Source: Patescibacteria group bacterium
Lineage (GTDB): Bacteria > Patescibacteriota > Minisyncoccia > Moranbacterales > DUUL01
DNA: 64,000 nucleotides
Direction: 5' to 3'
Assembly (NCBI GenBank): GCA_034660175.1
Contig: JAYEIQ010000016.1
Location: forward strand, 2,373 to 66,372
Under the pieces are notes generated by a model. The model ran no database searches and was not told the origin of the DNA. It saw only the letters and a list, made by a program, of their open reading frames with translations. Positions 9,478 to 18,577 of this stretch are shown piece after piece (within the stretch, counting starts at the first letter, position 1; each line of letters opens with the position of its first letter). Position numbers and translations under genes: made by a program.

Positions 9478-10146
9478 GTGATGGCAGAAAATTCTAGTAA
9501 AACAAAAAATATTGTGTATGGAGTTCTGGCCATGATGATGGTTGTTTCGGCATGTTTGATGATTTTTCTTATTGTGCCAATGGTGAAGAAAGTTTATGGA
9601 AATAAAGATGGTTTTGAAGAAAAGAAACTCGAGTTTGATGCAATAAGAAAGGATGCTGCTGATGCAAAGAAATTTTCAGATTTAGTTGCTGATCTTGGAC
9701 AAGACCAGGAGCTGGTTGAAGAAGCTGTAATTAATGAAGATTCAATAGTCGAATTTATTAGAGAGATTGAACTTATCTCGACCGAAGTTGGTAATGAAAT
9801 TGAAATTGTTCACAAAAAAGTTGTTGCAAAAAGAAGAGCTCATTCAGCTCTAAATCAAGATCCTGAAGCAGAGAAAGCAAAGCAGGAAGCAGCGGAAAAA
9901 GAAAAAAACACGGTACGACTCGAGGTGATTGTTCATGGGAATTATAGACAATTTTTGGAATTTTTTTACAAACTAGAGAATATGACATATGTTTTTAATA
10001 TTGAGTCGTTCAAGGTGACAGGATCAAGAAGCTCTGGCAGTATATTGTCATTGAAAGAGGACGTTCCACCTGATTGGACCAAGGGGATTGTCACAGTTGC
10101 TTTCATACCAAAAAAATCAGCTCAATCCGATAAAGAAGGTAAATAA
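9478..10146 (+). CDS. pilO: Type IV pilus assembly protein PilO-like.
   Basis: A single N-terminal transmembrane helix and a coiled-coil region precede a C-terminal domain. Position after pilM and pilN also fits. Confidence 0.55.
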   Translation: MMAENSSKTKNIVYGVLAMMMVVSACLMIFLIVPMVKKVYGNKDGFEEKKLEFDAIRKDAADAKKFSDLVADLGQDQELVEEAVINEDSIVEFIREIELISTEVGNEIEIVHKKVVAKRRAHSALNQDPEAEKAKQEAAEKEKNTVRLEVIVHGNYRQFLEFFYKLENMTYVFNIESFKVTGSRSSGSILSLKEDVPPDWTKGIVTVAFIPKKSAQSDKEGK

Positions 10147-10152
10147 CAAAAT

Positions 10153-10593
10153 GTGATGGCAAAACAGAAACAGAAACAGAAAAAAGACATCAAAGATGTT
10201 TTGAAGGAAATTAAAAAGAAATGTCCTAGATTCATTTTGGATACCTGGTATTTCACAGTTATCTTTTTTTTGACTGCTTTCTCGGGATCGATGTGGGTAT
10301 GGTGGAGTTGTTATTATTCACCAACACCATCTAAGAATGTTTTGATAAGTTTTGAGACCAAAAAAGAGGACTTTGATTCAATGAAGAAAAGAACACAAAT
10401 GGCGATTGAGTTGCTTCAGGGAAAGCTAGATAAATACAAAAATGTTCCTGATCTGAGCCAACAAAGAGAGTTGTTCAAAGTAAAAGTAGAAGTCGAAGAG
10501 ATCGAGCCTGCTGAATCTGAGCCGATTGTTGTTCCTTCGGGTGAAGTGAAAGTGGAGGAAACACATGAAGTAAATCCACAACCAAGCCAATAA
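10153..10593 (+). CDS. Hypothetical membrane protein; a PilP-like role is possible only by position.
   Basis: A lysine-rich N-terminus and one transmembrane helix are followed by an acidic C-terminus. It lies directly downstream of pilO. Confidence 0.35.
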   Translation: MMAKQKQKQKKDIKDVLKEIKKKCPRFILDTWYFTVIFFLTAFSGSMWVWWSCYYSPTPSKNVLISFETKKEDFDSMKKRTQMAIELLQGKLDKYKNVPDLSQQRELFKVKVEVEEIEPAESEPIVVPSGEVKVEETHEVNPQPSQ

Positions 10594-10667
10594 AGAGAAG
10601 TTGAACTTTGACGTTTTGGGATATTTTTGTTACCCTTTTGTGAGAGATTTTTGTTGGTTCAAACTAT

Positions 10668-10741
10668 GTCCCGGTAGCTCAGTTGGATAGAGCGGGAGCC
10701 TTCTAAGCTCTAGGTCGCAGGTTCGAATCCTGCCCGGGATA
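10668..10741 (+). tRNA. tRNA-Arg (anticodon TCT).
   Basis: I folded the cloverleaf manually. The acceptor is GTCCCGG/CCGGGAT, the D arm is GCTC..GAGC, the anticodon stem is GGAGC/GCTCT with loop CTTCTAA, and the T arm is GCAGG TTCGAAT CCTGC. CCA is not encoded. Confidence 0.85.
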
Positions 10742-11032
10742 CAAATATAAACTGCAACGATAGAGGGATACTATGGAAGACACGATCAGTATCTTGTTTT
10801 ATAATTTGGCTAATTTCTGTTTTAAGAAAGACAGTCTTGTAACACTCTTGTATGGCTCGAATCGTTTCGAGAAGAGATTATAATTGAAGGAGAGCTCGCA
10901 GTATCTTTTTTGTGATAGGATTCGGGCTAGGACTGTTCTTGATGATTAACGTAGACATATAACTTTCTTTGCAAAAATGCAAAAGACCTCGGCAAATCTG
11001 CTGAGGCCTTTTTGTATTCAAGGAAGATGATT

Positions 11033-12097
11033 CTAAATCATAAACTCAACAACATCTCCGTCTTGGACGATGTATTCTTTTCCTTCAGTGCGAAGCAGTC
11101 CTTTTTCGCGAGCTGTTGATTTTGAGCCAGCCTCAATCAGTTCATCATAGAAGATAATTTCGGCTCGAATAAATTTTTTTTCAAAATCTCCGTGAATGGC
11201 ACGACCAGCACGAGGCGCAGTGGAATTTTTCGGAATTGTCCAAGCTCTTGTTTCTTGCTCTCCAGTCGTGAGGTATGTCATCAAGCCCAACATGTCATAA
11301 CTTTTTATGATTAGTTTTTCTAGATGTGATTTAAGTTCAAGTTCTTTCTTGTCATCATCGGAAAGCTCCAGAAGCTCTTCTTCGATTTTTATGTCAAGCG
11401 CTATGTGTGTATGTATACTCTTTGTTAGGTTGTGCTTTTCAAGCGCTTGCTGAATATTTTCAGGATTGTTAGTGTTGAAAATACAGAGAATTGGTTTGAA
11501 AGAAAGTAGATGTAGGTCCTGAATCAGTTCGTAATCTTTTCCAAGTTCATGCGTGAATTTTTGAACTTCCTCAATGCTATTTTTGTCCAAAATATCTTTT
11601 AGATTTTTAACTATTTCCAATTGCTTGACGGACTCTTTGTTGTTTCCGCGTGCTTCCTTTTCTAATTTCATCAGTCGTTTTTGTACTGTCTCAATGTCTG
11701 CCAGGATAAGTTCAGTGTCTATTATCTCAATATCTTCTTTTGGGTCTATTCTGTCATGAACATGGACAATGTTTTTGTCTTCAAACATTCGAACAACATG
11801 GACAATGGCGTCCACTTCGCGAATGTTGTGCAAAAATTTATTGCCCAGTCCTTGTCCTTCGGCTGCACCTTTTACAAGTCCAGCTATATCTACAAATTCT
11901 ATTGTTGCATAGAGTTTTTTGGCAGATTTTGAAAGCTTTGCCAAGTGGTCAACGCGATTGTCTGGTACCTCAACAACGCCAATGTTTGGCTCTATGGTGC
12001 AGAAGGGGTAGTTGTTGATGTCTACTTGAATGTTGGTCAGTGCCTTAAAAAGAGTTGATTTGCCAACATTTGGAAGCCCGATAATGCCAATTTTCAT
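11033..12097 (-). CDS. ychF: Ribosome-binding ATPase YchF (Obg-family GTPase).
   Basis: The N-terminus [21 protein letters not shown] is a P-loop, a C-terminal TGS-like region ends ...DGDVVEFMI, and the length is 354 aa. Confidence 0.9.
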   Translation of the reverse strand: MKIGIIGLPNVGKSTLFKALTNIQVDINNYPFCTIEPNIGVVEVPDNRVDHLAKLSKSAKKLYATIEFVDIAGLVKGAAEGQGLGNKFLHNIREVDAIVHVVRMFEDKNIVHVHDRIDPKEDIEIIDTELILADIETVQKRLMKLEKEARGNNKESVKQLEIVKNLKDILDKNSIEEVQKFTHELGKDYELIQDLHLLSFKPILCIFNTNNPENIQQALEKHNLTKSIHTHIALDIKIEEELLELSDDDKKELELKSHLEKLIIKSYDMLGLMTYLTTGEQETRAWTIPKNSTAPRAGRAIHGDFEKKFIRAEIIFYDELIEAGSKSTAREKGLLRTEGKEYIVQDGDVVEFMI

Positions 12098-12246
12098 TTA
12101 TTATTCTTGATTTAGTTAATAATATATTATATCATCGCTTTTCTTGAAATGATTGTCAATTAGAGTTAGTCTGTAAGTGGTACATATCGGATGATTTGTG
12201 TGCTGAAGGGAATGTTTTAGATTCCCCACTTGATTAAAACAAAGCA

Positions 12247-12720
12247 ATGAAAGCTCTAATCGTTTTTTATTCTCGAACAGGAACAACCAAAAAACTTGCG
12301 AAGGTTCTTGGTGGTGTCATTGATTCTTGTGATCTGGAGGAGCTTTTTTGCTCCGAGATGAAAACTGGGCTAGTGGGTTATTTGAAAGCTGGACATCAAA
12401 CATTCAAAAAACTTAAACCAGCAATTGAGCCAATCGAGCACAAACCAGAGCAATATGACATTGTTGTTGTGGGGACTCCCGTTTGGATTGGAACTATGTC
12501 TAGTCCAGTTCGGTCATACCTTTATCGTTATAAAGATAAATTTTTAAAAACAGCCTTTTTCTGTACTTGTGGTGACAAACAAGATATGACTTTTGAGAAA
12601 ATGAAAGGTATCAGTGCTTCAATTCCAATTGCAACTCTTGAGATTGTTGCAAAAAAGATCAACTCACCAGAGTCATTGGAAAAGGTGAAGGATTTTGTCA
12701 AAATTATTAATTCAGTTTAA
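12247..12720 (+). CDS. Flavodoxin-like fold protein.
   Basis: The N-terminus MKALIVFYSRTGTTKKLAKVLGG is a flavodoxin FMN-binding T/S-x-T-G-x-T motif, and the length is 157 aa. Confidence 0.55.
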   Translation: MKALIVFYSRTGTTKKLAKVLGGVIDSCDLEELFCSEMKTGLVGYLKAGHQTFKKLKPAIEPIEHKPEQYDIVVVGTPVWIGTMSSPVRSYLYRYKDKFLKTAFFCTCGDKQDMTFEKMKGISASIPIATLEIVAKKINSPESLEKVKDFVKIINSV

Positions 12721-12729
12721 ACAAAAAAT

Positions 12730-13323
12730 ATGATAATTATTGATGTTGAAGCAACGGGACCAAACCCAAGAAAAAACTCCATTGCCTCTATCGGGGCAGT
12801 TGATTTTTCTGATAGTGAGAATCAATTTTATGGTGAGTGTCAAATTTGGGAGCAGTCCGAGATCGATCAAGCTGCACTCAAAATAAATGGATTTACCTTG
12901 GAGCAGCTGCGGGATTCAAAAAAAGACAGTGAGGCTGAGATGTTGAAAAAGTTTTCTGAATGGATGAAACAATTTCCCAACAAGACGCTTGCTGGTCAGT
13001 ACCCATCTTTTGATAGAGATTTTATTAACGCCGCATCAAAGAGGGTGGGATTGGGAATGCTCATTTGGCGCAAGACGATTGATTTGCATGCAATTTGCTA
13101 TGCTCACATGTTGGGACGAAGATTGGAGATCCCACTTTCCAACGAGAGGTCAGACTTGACCGCTGACATGATTTTTAACTATGTTGGATTACCAAAAGAG
13201 CCAAGACCTCATAATGGGCTTACTGGTGCCAAAATGGAGACAGAGGCATTTTCTCGTCTGATTCACGGAAAGACACTTATGAAAGAATTTGAGAGTCATG
13301 ATGTGCCAAGATATCTTTTGTAA
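12730..13323 (+). CDS. DEDD-family 3'-5' exonuclease (DnaQ-like domain).
   Basis: The N-terminus MIIIDVEATGPNP is an Exo I motif D-x-E, and a C-terminal H...D region is present. Confidence 0.55.
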   Translation: MIIIDVEATGPNPRKNSIASIGAVDFSDSENQFYGECQIWEQSEIDQAALKINGFTLEQLRDSKKDSEAEMLKKFSEWMKQFPNKTLAGQYPSFDRDFINAASKRVGLGMLIWRKTIDLHAICYAHMLGRRLEIPLSNERSDLTADMIFNYVGLPKEPRPHNGLTGAKMETEAFSRLIHGKTLMKEFESHDVPRYLL

Positions 13324-13349
13324 GAGGAAGTTAACAAAATATAAGTAAT

Positions 13350-14596
13350 ATGAAAAAGAAGAAACCAGAATTGCTCGCTCCGGCTGGGAGCTTGGAAAAA
13401 ATGAAGATCGCATTTGAATTTGGAGCTGATGCGGTCTATTTTGGTTTGCCCGATTTTTCTTTGAGAGTGAGAATAAATCAATTTGGCGAAAAGGAAATAC
13501 GAGAGGCTGCAGAATATTGTAAAAAGAAAAAAAGAGATTTTATGTGACATTGAACATTTATGCTCACCAGAGACATTTGAAGACTCTCCCGAAACATTTG
13601 AAATTGATAAAAGAGATTCAGCCAAGTGCCGTGATTGTTTCTGATCCTGGAGTGCTGAGTGTTATCAGAAGGAAATTGCCTAACCAGGAGGTTCATCTTT
13701 CTACACAAGCCAATGCAACCAACAGTGAGGCAATAAAATTTTGGCAGCAGCAGGGAGTCTCAAGAGTTATCCTTGCTCGTGAAGTTACTTTAGAAGAAAT
13801 TCAGGAAATAAAGAAAAAGACTCCGAATGTTGAATTGGAGTGTTTTGTTCATGGAGCAATGTGCATGTCTTATAGTGGACGTTGCATTCTTTCCAAGTGG
13901 ATGACCAACAGAAGTGCAAACATGGGAGATTGTTCCCAGCCGTGTCGATGGCAGTATTCTGTTGTGGATGATAAGAAAAGGTTTAGTGTGGAGTTGGAGC
14001 AGGATCAACACGGAACGTATTTTTTCAATAGCTATGACATGTGTATGGTTGAGCACCTGGACGAGCTGATTGATACAGGTATTGATTCGTTGAAAATAGA
14101 GGGGAGGGCCAAGAGTGTCTATTATGTTGCTATGGTGACCCGAGCGTATAGAATTGTGCTCGATGCAACTTGGAAAGCCAGAAAAGATAGATTGAAAGAA
14201 AGTGAGCTGGAAAGAGTGATTCCAGAACAGAGAAAACAACTAGAAAAACTTTCTCATCGTGGATATTCCGAAGGGTTTTTCTTTGGAGAGGAACCGCAAC
14301 ATCTTTTTGACAAGGCATACAAAGAAACAAACTGGCTTTTTGTTGGAATTTCTCAGGAAGAAAAAAAATCGAAAGAAAGAAATATTTTTGTTCACAATTA
14401 CTTGAATAAAGGTGATGAAGTAGAAGTGGTTGGAGCGACTTTCGATTGTATGGTGAAAATTGAAAGAATTGTTGATGAAAAAGGAGAGGAAATTAAATCC
14501 GCTCATGGTGGTTTGAATAAAACATTTCAAGTCACATTGTCAAAGTCAGTTGAGGGAACGTTTTTGGCGCGGAGAAATGAAAAGAATATTGGTTAG
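13350..14596 (+). pseudogene. U32-family peptidase (UbiU/RlhA/YhbU-like) split by a single-nucleotide frameshift in an A-run.
   Basis: ORF1 (13350-13547) has ELLAPAGSLEKMKIAFEFGADAVYFGLPDFSLR. ORF2 (13544-14596, GTG start) has TLNIYAH...HLSTQANATNSEAIKFW...LECFVHGAMC...SGRCILS. Both match consecutive parts of U32 peptidases. Shifting frame inside aaaaagaaaaaaagag (13521-13536) fuses them into about 415 aa. Confidence 0.6.
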
Positions 14597-14677
14597 GTAA
14601 TTTGAGATTGTTCAAAAAAGGATTATAATTTATGATGTGGGTAGGACAGTTCATCGAGTATATTTGCTTTTTCGCAA

Positions 14678-14705
14678 TTGACTAAAGTTGGGATTGTGCT
14701 AGAAT
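14678..14705 (+). promoter_or_regulatory. Sigma70-like promoter TTGACT, 16 nt, TAGAAT.
   Basis: The -35 lies at 14678-14683 and the -10 at 14700-14705. It sits upstream of the 14753 CDS, which has a GGGAGG SD. Confidence 0.4.
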
Positions 14706-14752
14706 GATTTGATTCGAAATAGATAATTAGTTGCGAGTAAAAAAGGGAGGAT

Positions 14753-15496
14753 ATGCGATTTACACATATACAAAAAGCAAAGTTAATCCTTGTGATTAAT
14801 TTTATCGTGCTCTTTTTCATTATTGTTGCCACGCCATATTTTATTAAAGGTGGAACATCTTGGGTTGGCGAAGAAGTTGTTGAAGGTGTTTTTTTGACTA
14901 TTGAATTGATTGCCTTGATTGTGGTGTTTCGGCACTATGATGTTCAAATGAGAAAAAAAGAAGAAGAGGCAATGACATTGAATTTGAAGCTTGAGAAAAA
15001 GGAGAGGGAGTTGCTCAATGCATTGGAATATCTTGGGAAGGTAAACGTGCAAGTCTCGATGATCAAATCGCTTTTTGGGACAATGAAAGTTCCTTCAACA
15101 AAAAATCAATTGCTAGATGTTTTTTCAGAACTTCTTCGTGTTGTGATGAGTGTCACTAAGGAAAATTGTGCGAGATTGAGAATAGTTAATTTGCAAAACC
15201 AAAGAACAGTCAGTGAATATGTCGAATCTCTTGAGGATGAAAACAGTGTATGCCAGGTTGTTGCAGGAAACAAGGAGTTGCTTGAGAGATTTTCAGAGAA
15301 AAATAAGAAAAATATTTCTGATTTTCGAGTTTTCTTTTCTGACGTAGAGAATTTTTATTTGAAGGCATTTCTTTTCGTTCCAGACACAAGAAAAAAAGAG
15401 TATTCAACAGAAGAGCGAGCATTTCTTGAGGCAATTGCGAATCAGTGCGAAGTGGTGTACTTGCTTTTTAATTCAAAATACTATAAAGCAAAATAG
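14753..15496 (+). CDS. Hypothetical membrane protein with two N-terminal transmembrane helices, a coiled-coil and a C-terminal domain.
   Basis: A strong SD (aaaaagggagg) precedes the start. I recognise no family. Confidence 0.5.
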   Translation: MRFTHIQKAKLILVINFIVLFFIIVATPYFIKGGTSWVGEEVVEGVFLTIELIALIVVFRHYDVQMRKKEEEAMTLNLKLEKKERELLNALEYLGKVNVQVSMIKSLFGTMKVPSTKNQLLDVFSELLRVVMSVTKENCARLRIVNLQNQRTVSEYVESLEDENSVCQVVAGNKELLERFSEKNKKNISDFRVFFSDVENFYLKAFLFVPDTRKKEYSTEERAFLEAIANQCEVVYLLFNSKYYKAK

Positions 15497-15559
15497 ACAA
15501 CAGAAAATTTAAATTAAACCAAGTGGTCATAAGTATTAGCCAATAAAACCAAAAAAGTT

Positions 15560-16441
15560 ATGGTAAAAATCAAAAAAGCGGTTGTTGCAGTTGCTGGGAG
15601 TGGAACGCGTTTTCTTCCAGCGACGAAAGCGATGCCCAAAGAAATGCTTCCGATTGTTGACAAGCCAATCATTCAACTGGTTGTTGAGGAGCTTGTTGAG
15701 GCTGGAATCGAGGATATTATCCTGGTTACAAAATGGGATAAGAAGTCGTTGGAAGATCATTTTGATCACAGTTTGGCACTTGAACACGAATTGGAAAAGT
15801 CTGGCAAAGAAAGTAGATTAAAAGATGTGAAAAAGATCGCTAGTATGGCGAAATATGTGTATATTAGACAAATGCCTCAATATGGCAATGGAGTGCCAAT
15901 TCTTTCCGCTGCAAGTATGGTTGATGATGAGCCATTTGTGTTCTGTTTTGGTGATGATCTTGTGAAGTCAAAGAGTTCTTTCACAAAAACAATGATCGAA
16001 TCTTATGAAAAAGTTGGGAAGCCAATGATCGCTGTTCAGGAGATGCCGGAAGAGGTTCTTTATCGATATGGAGTTGTTGCTCCGAAAGAGGGTTCAAAAA
16101 TGAAAGATGGTTTGATTCAAATTAGTGGAATCATTGAGAAGCCTCAACCAGGAGAAGCTCCTTCAAATCTTGCTGATTTTGGGAGAATGATTTTTGATCA
16201 AGACATTATCAATGCTCTAAAAGAGACAGAGACTGGAAAAGGTGGGGAATTATGGATAGTCGATGCCATTACAAAATATATTGATAATGGTGGAGAGTTT
16301 TATGCAAAAAAAGTTCAAGATGGGGAGTGGCTTACAACAGGAGATCCTTTGAATTTTGTGAAAGCGACTTTGAAATATGCCGTTGAAAGAGAAGATATCG
16401 GTGAAGATATAAAGGAATTTATAAAAAAGGAGATTTGTTAG
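15560..16441 (+). CDS. galU: UTP--glucose-1-phosphate uridylyltransferase.
   Basis: The motif AVVAVAGSGTRFLPATKAMPKEMLPIVDKP is the GalU signature. Confidence 0.85.
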   Translation: MVKIKKAVVAVAGSGTRFLPATKAMPKEMLPIVDKPIIQLVVEELVEAGIEDIILVTKWDKKSLEDHFDHSLALEHELEKSGKESRLKDVKKIASMAKYVYIRQMPQYGNGVPILSAASMVDDEPFVFCFGDDLVKSKSSFTKTMIESYEKVGKPMIAVQEMPEEVLYRYGVVAPKEGSKMKDGLIQISGIIEKPQPGEAPSNLADFGRMIFDQDIINALKETETGKGGELWIVDAITKYIDNGGEFYAKKVQDGEWLTTGDPLNFVKATLKYAVEREDIGEDIKEFIKKEIC

Positions 16442-16464
16442 GAAAATCTTTTCATAAAAAACAT

Positions 16465-16488
16465 CCCTCAAGAGAGAGGGTGTTTTTT
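16465..16488. terminator. Bidirectional terminator hairpin (CCCTC aagaga GAGGG) with T-runs on both strands.
   Basis: The plus strand has a T6 run after the stem, which ends galU. The minus strand has a T6 run after the stem, which ends the RNase P RNA. Confidence 0.5.
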
Positions 16489-16494
16489 GTTGCC

Positions 16495-16893
16495 TTGTTC
16501 ATTTTGTAAGCCGGATTCTGTTCATCTCGAAAGATGTGCAATTATTTATCTTCGTCACTTGTTGCCAAGTGATTTTAGCGGCTCAGAATCATTGCAGGGC
16601 AATGACAATTCGGCTTTGCACCAGATAGGGTTTGCCACGCCTATGCGTTGCCGCAAGGCGAGTCTTGTGGCCAATTCCGAATAATCAGAATCGACATCAA
16701 CACACTTTTCACCTTTTGTTCTGCAAAAACAGAACTAGTATTGTCTCTGTGGCACTTTCCCTTGCTTGTTGTTGCCAACAAACCGGTCGACATTATCGAC
16801 TATCCATGAACGTTGCAGGGCAACGGACGGTGTCCGGACTTTCCTCCCGAGTTGTTAATAAAAAACAGCCGGGCAATTGCTTAAATGAACTAG
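16495..16893 (-). ncRNA. rnpB: RNase P RNA (bacterial type).
   Basis: The minus strand carries GGAAAGTCCGG (P4 5' strand, the complement of plus-strand ccggactttcc at about 16840). Near its 3' end it carries ACAGAATCCGGCTTA (P4 3' strand, the universally conserved ACAGAA(A/C)CCGGCUUA). 5'/3' complementary P1 segments are AGTTCATTT and AAATGAAC. A consensus promoter is placed correctly for a TSS at about 16893. Confidence 0.75.
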
Positions 16894-16901
16894 GCTATCA
16901 A

Positions 16902-16929
16902 ATTATATCACAAAATAAGATATTGTCAA
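16902..16929 (-). promoter_or_regulatory. Consensus sigma70 promoter TTGACA, 16 nt, TATAAT driving rnpB.
   Basis: The minus-strand sequence is TTGACAatatcttattttgtgaTATAAT. On the plus strand TGTCAA lies at 16924-16929 and ATTATA at 16902-16907. The predicted TSS is about 7 nt downstream, at about 16893-16895. Confidence 0.55.
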
Positions 16930-16995
16930 TGATAAATAATCCTAAAAAATAGGTTTTTTGCAAAGCTTAATTGTTTTGCAAACTTTGTTTTGTTG

Positions 16996-17024
16996 TTGCT
17001 AAAATGCTTACTTTATGCTAGAAT
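16996..17024 (+). promoter_or_regulatory. Sigma70-like promoter TTGCTA, 17 nt, TAGAAT upstream of the sugar-transferase gene.
   Basis: The -35 lies at 16996-17001 and the -10 at 17019-17024, in an AT-rich intergenic region. Confidence 0.35.
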
Positions 17025-17142
17025 CTCAGTATCAAAAAATTTTCAAAATGTGATTGTTGTATTCCAAGTCTATGGAAATTTTTTGTTGAATAAAATTAAT
17101 ATATAGAGATTTTCATTAATATTTGCTGATAAATTGCAATAA

Positions 17143-18558
17143 ATGAAAAAATCCGAATTGTTTTTCAGTACGTTGCAGGTTCCGATTGATTACTTCATGA
17201 TTGTTTGTGGTGGAATGGTTGCCTATTTTCTGAGAGTTAACCCAGCTGTGCAGGAAATAAAACCAATACTCTATCAATTCAGCTTGCGTCAATACGCCGA
17301 GTCATTGCTTATAATCGGTGTGTTTTTTGTCTTGGTCTATGCGATAGACGGACTATACAACATGCGTGCTACGAAGAGAACATTGAAGGAAGTCTATTTG
17401 GTTTTTCGTGCAACAGCGATTGGACTGACAATAATTATTGTTGGTTTGTTTTTAGATCGCGATTTATTTTCATCGCGATTTATTATTTTGTTTGGTGGTG
17501 TTCTTGTTGTTGTTTTTGTTTCTTTCGGTAGAATCGCGCTTGGATATATTCAGCGGCAATTATTGATCTTAAAGGGAATAGGAGTTCATAGACTTCTTGT
17601 TATTGGAGTGAATGGGTATTGTTGCTCATTGAGAAAATATGTGAAAAAAAATCCAGACTCGGGATATAAAGTGATGGCACATATTGAAAAGATAGAGTTG
17701 GAGAGAATAGATAGAATTCGAAAGATGAAAGGAATTGATGAGATTATCAAGTGTTCTCCCGAAGGAAGTAAGCGGGACTTATTGAGGTTGAAGGCATATT
17801 GTCTTCAGAATAAACTGTCTTTCAAATATGTTCCGACATTAATTCAAACTTCAAATTTTGATTTGGGAATTTTTCTTGGTGAACCATTGATTGAAATCAA
17901 GAATACTCCACTGGATGGATGGGGAAAAATTCTCAAGAGGGTCTTTGACCTCGTTGGTGCAGTGATTGGATTGATTTTGTTTGGGATTCCTATGCTCATC
18001 ATTGCTTTGCTCATTTGGTTGGAGTCTGGTCGTCCAGTTATTTTCAAAAACGAGAGAGTTGGTCACAAGGGTGACTTCTATCTGTACAAATTTCGATATT
18101 TAAAAAAGAAATACTGTCACGGGGTTCAGTTTTCTGCACATCACAATGAAAAAGCATTGAGATTCTTGAAGGAATTGATAGAGAAGCAATCAATCAAGAA
18201 AGGACCAATTTATAAAATCAAGAATGATCCACGAAAAACAAAAGTGGGAGCATTTCTGGAACGTTTCTCTCTTGATGAGTTGCCACAATTTCTCAATGTC
18301 TTTAGGGGGAATATGAGCTTGGTTGGTCCTCGTCCTCATCAGCCAATTGAGGTTGAGAAATATGAAGATTATCAAAAGCGAGTTTTGACTATTAAGCCAG
18401 GAATAACTGGAATGGCTCAAGTCTCAGGGCGAAGTGATTTGGATTTCAAAGATGAGGTGAGGTTGGACACTTTCTATATTGAAAATTGGTCACTTTGGTA
18501 TGATGTGCAAATTATTCTCAAAACAATACCCTCACTGTTTAAAAGGAGGGAAAACTAA
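17143..18558 (+). CDS. Polyprenyl-phosphate glycosyl-1-phosphate transferase (WbaP/bacterial sugar transferase family).
   Basis: Four or five N-terminal transmembrane helices are present. The C-terminal domain has LKRVFDLVGAVIGLIL...RVGHKGDFYLYKFRYL...DELPQFLNVFRGNMSLVGPRP, which is the PF02397 signature. Confidence 0.8.
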   Translation: MKKSELFFSTLQVPIDYFMIVCGGMVAYFLRVNPAVQEIKPILYQFSLRQYAESLLIIGVFFVLVYAIDGLYNMRATKRTLKEVYLVFRATAIGLTIIIVGLFLDRDLFSSRFIILFGGVLVVVFVSFGRIALGYIQRQLLILKGIGVHRLLVIGVNGYCCSLRKYVKKNPDSGYKVMAHIEKIELERIDRIRKMKGIDEIIKCSPEGSKRDLLRLKAYCLQNKLSFKYVPTLIQTSNFDLGIFLGEPLIEIKNTPLDGWGKILKRVFDLVGAVIGLILFGIPMLIIALLIWLESGRPVIFKNERVGHKGDFYLYKFRYLKKKYCHGVQFSAHHNEKALRFLKELIEKQSIKKGPIYKIKNDPRKTKVGAFLERFSLDELPQFLNVFRGNMSLVGPRPHQPIEVEKYEDYQKRVLTIKPGITGMAQVSGRSDLDFKDEVRLDTFYIENWSLWYDVQIILKTIPSLFKRREN

Positions 18559-18577
18559 AATTGAATGTGAATTAAAA

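Noticed and set aside
10742-11032. A 290-nt gene-free stretch after tRNA-Arg with an imperfect terminator-like hairpin (GACCTCGGCA...GCTGAGGCC + T5) and a 37-aa ORF.
   Set aside because: The hairpin is adequately explained as the bidirectional terminator of minus-strand ychF. The small ORF lacks an SD. No att-like repeat of the tRNA 3' end is seen.
16487-16952. Two plus-strand ORFs (65 aa and 106 aa) with Cys/Arg-rich odd composition.
   Set aside because: They lie antisense across the RNase P RNA gene. The GC-rich, structured RNA sequence explains the open frames, and there is no SD.
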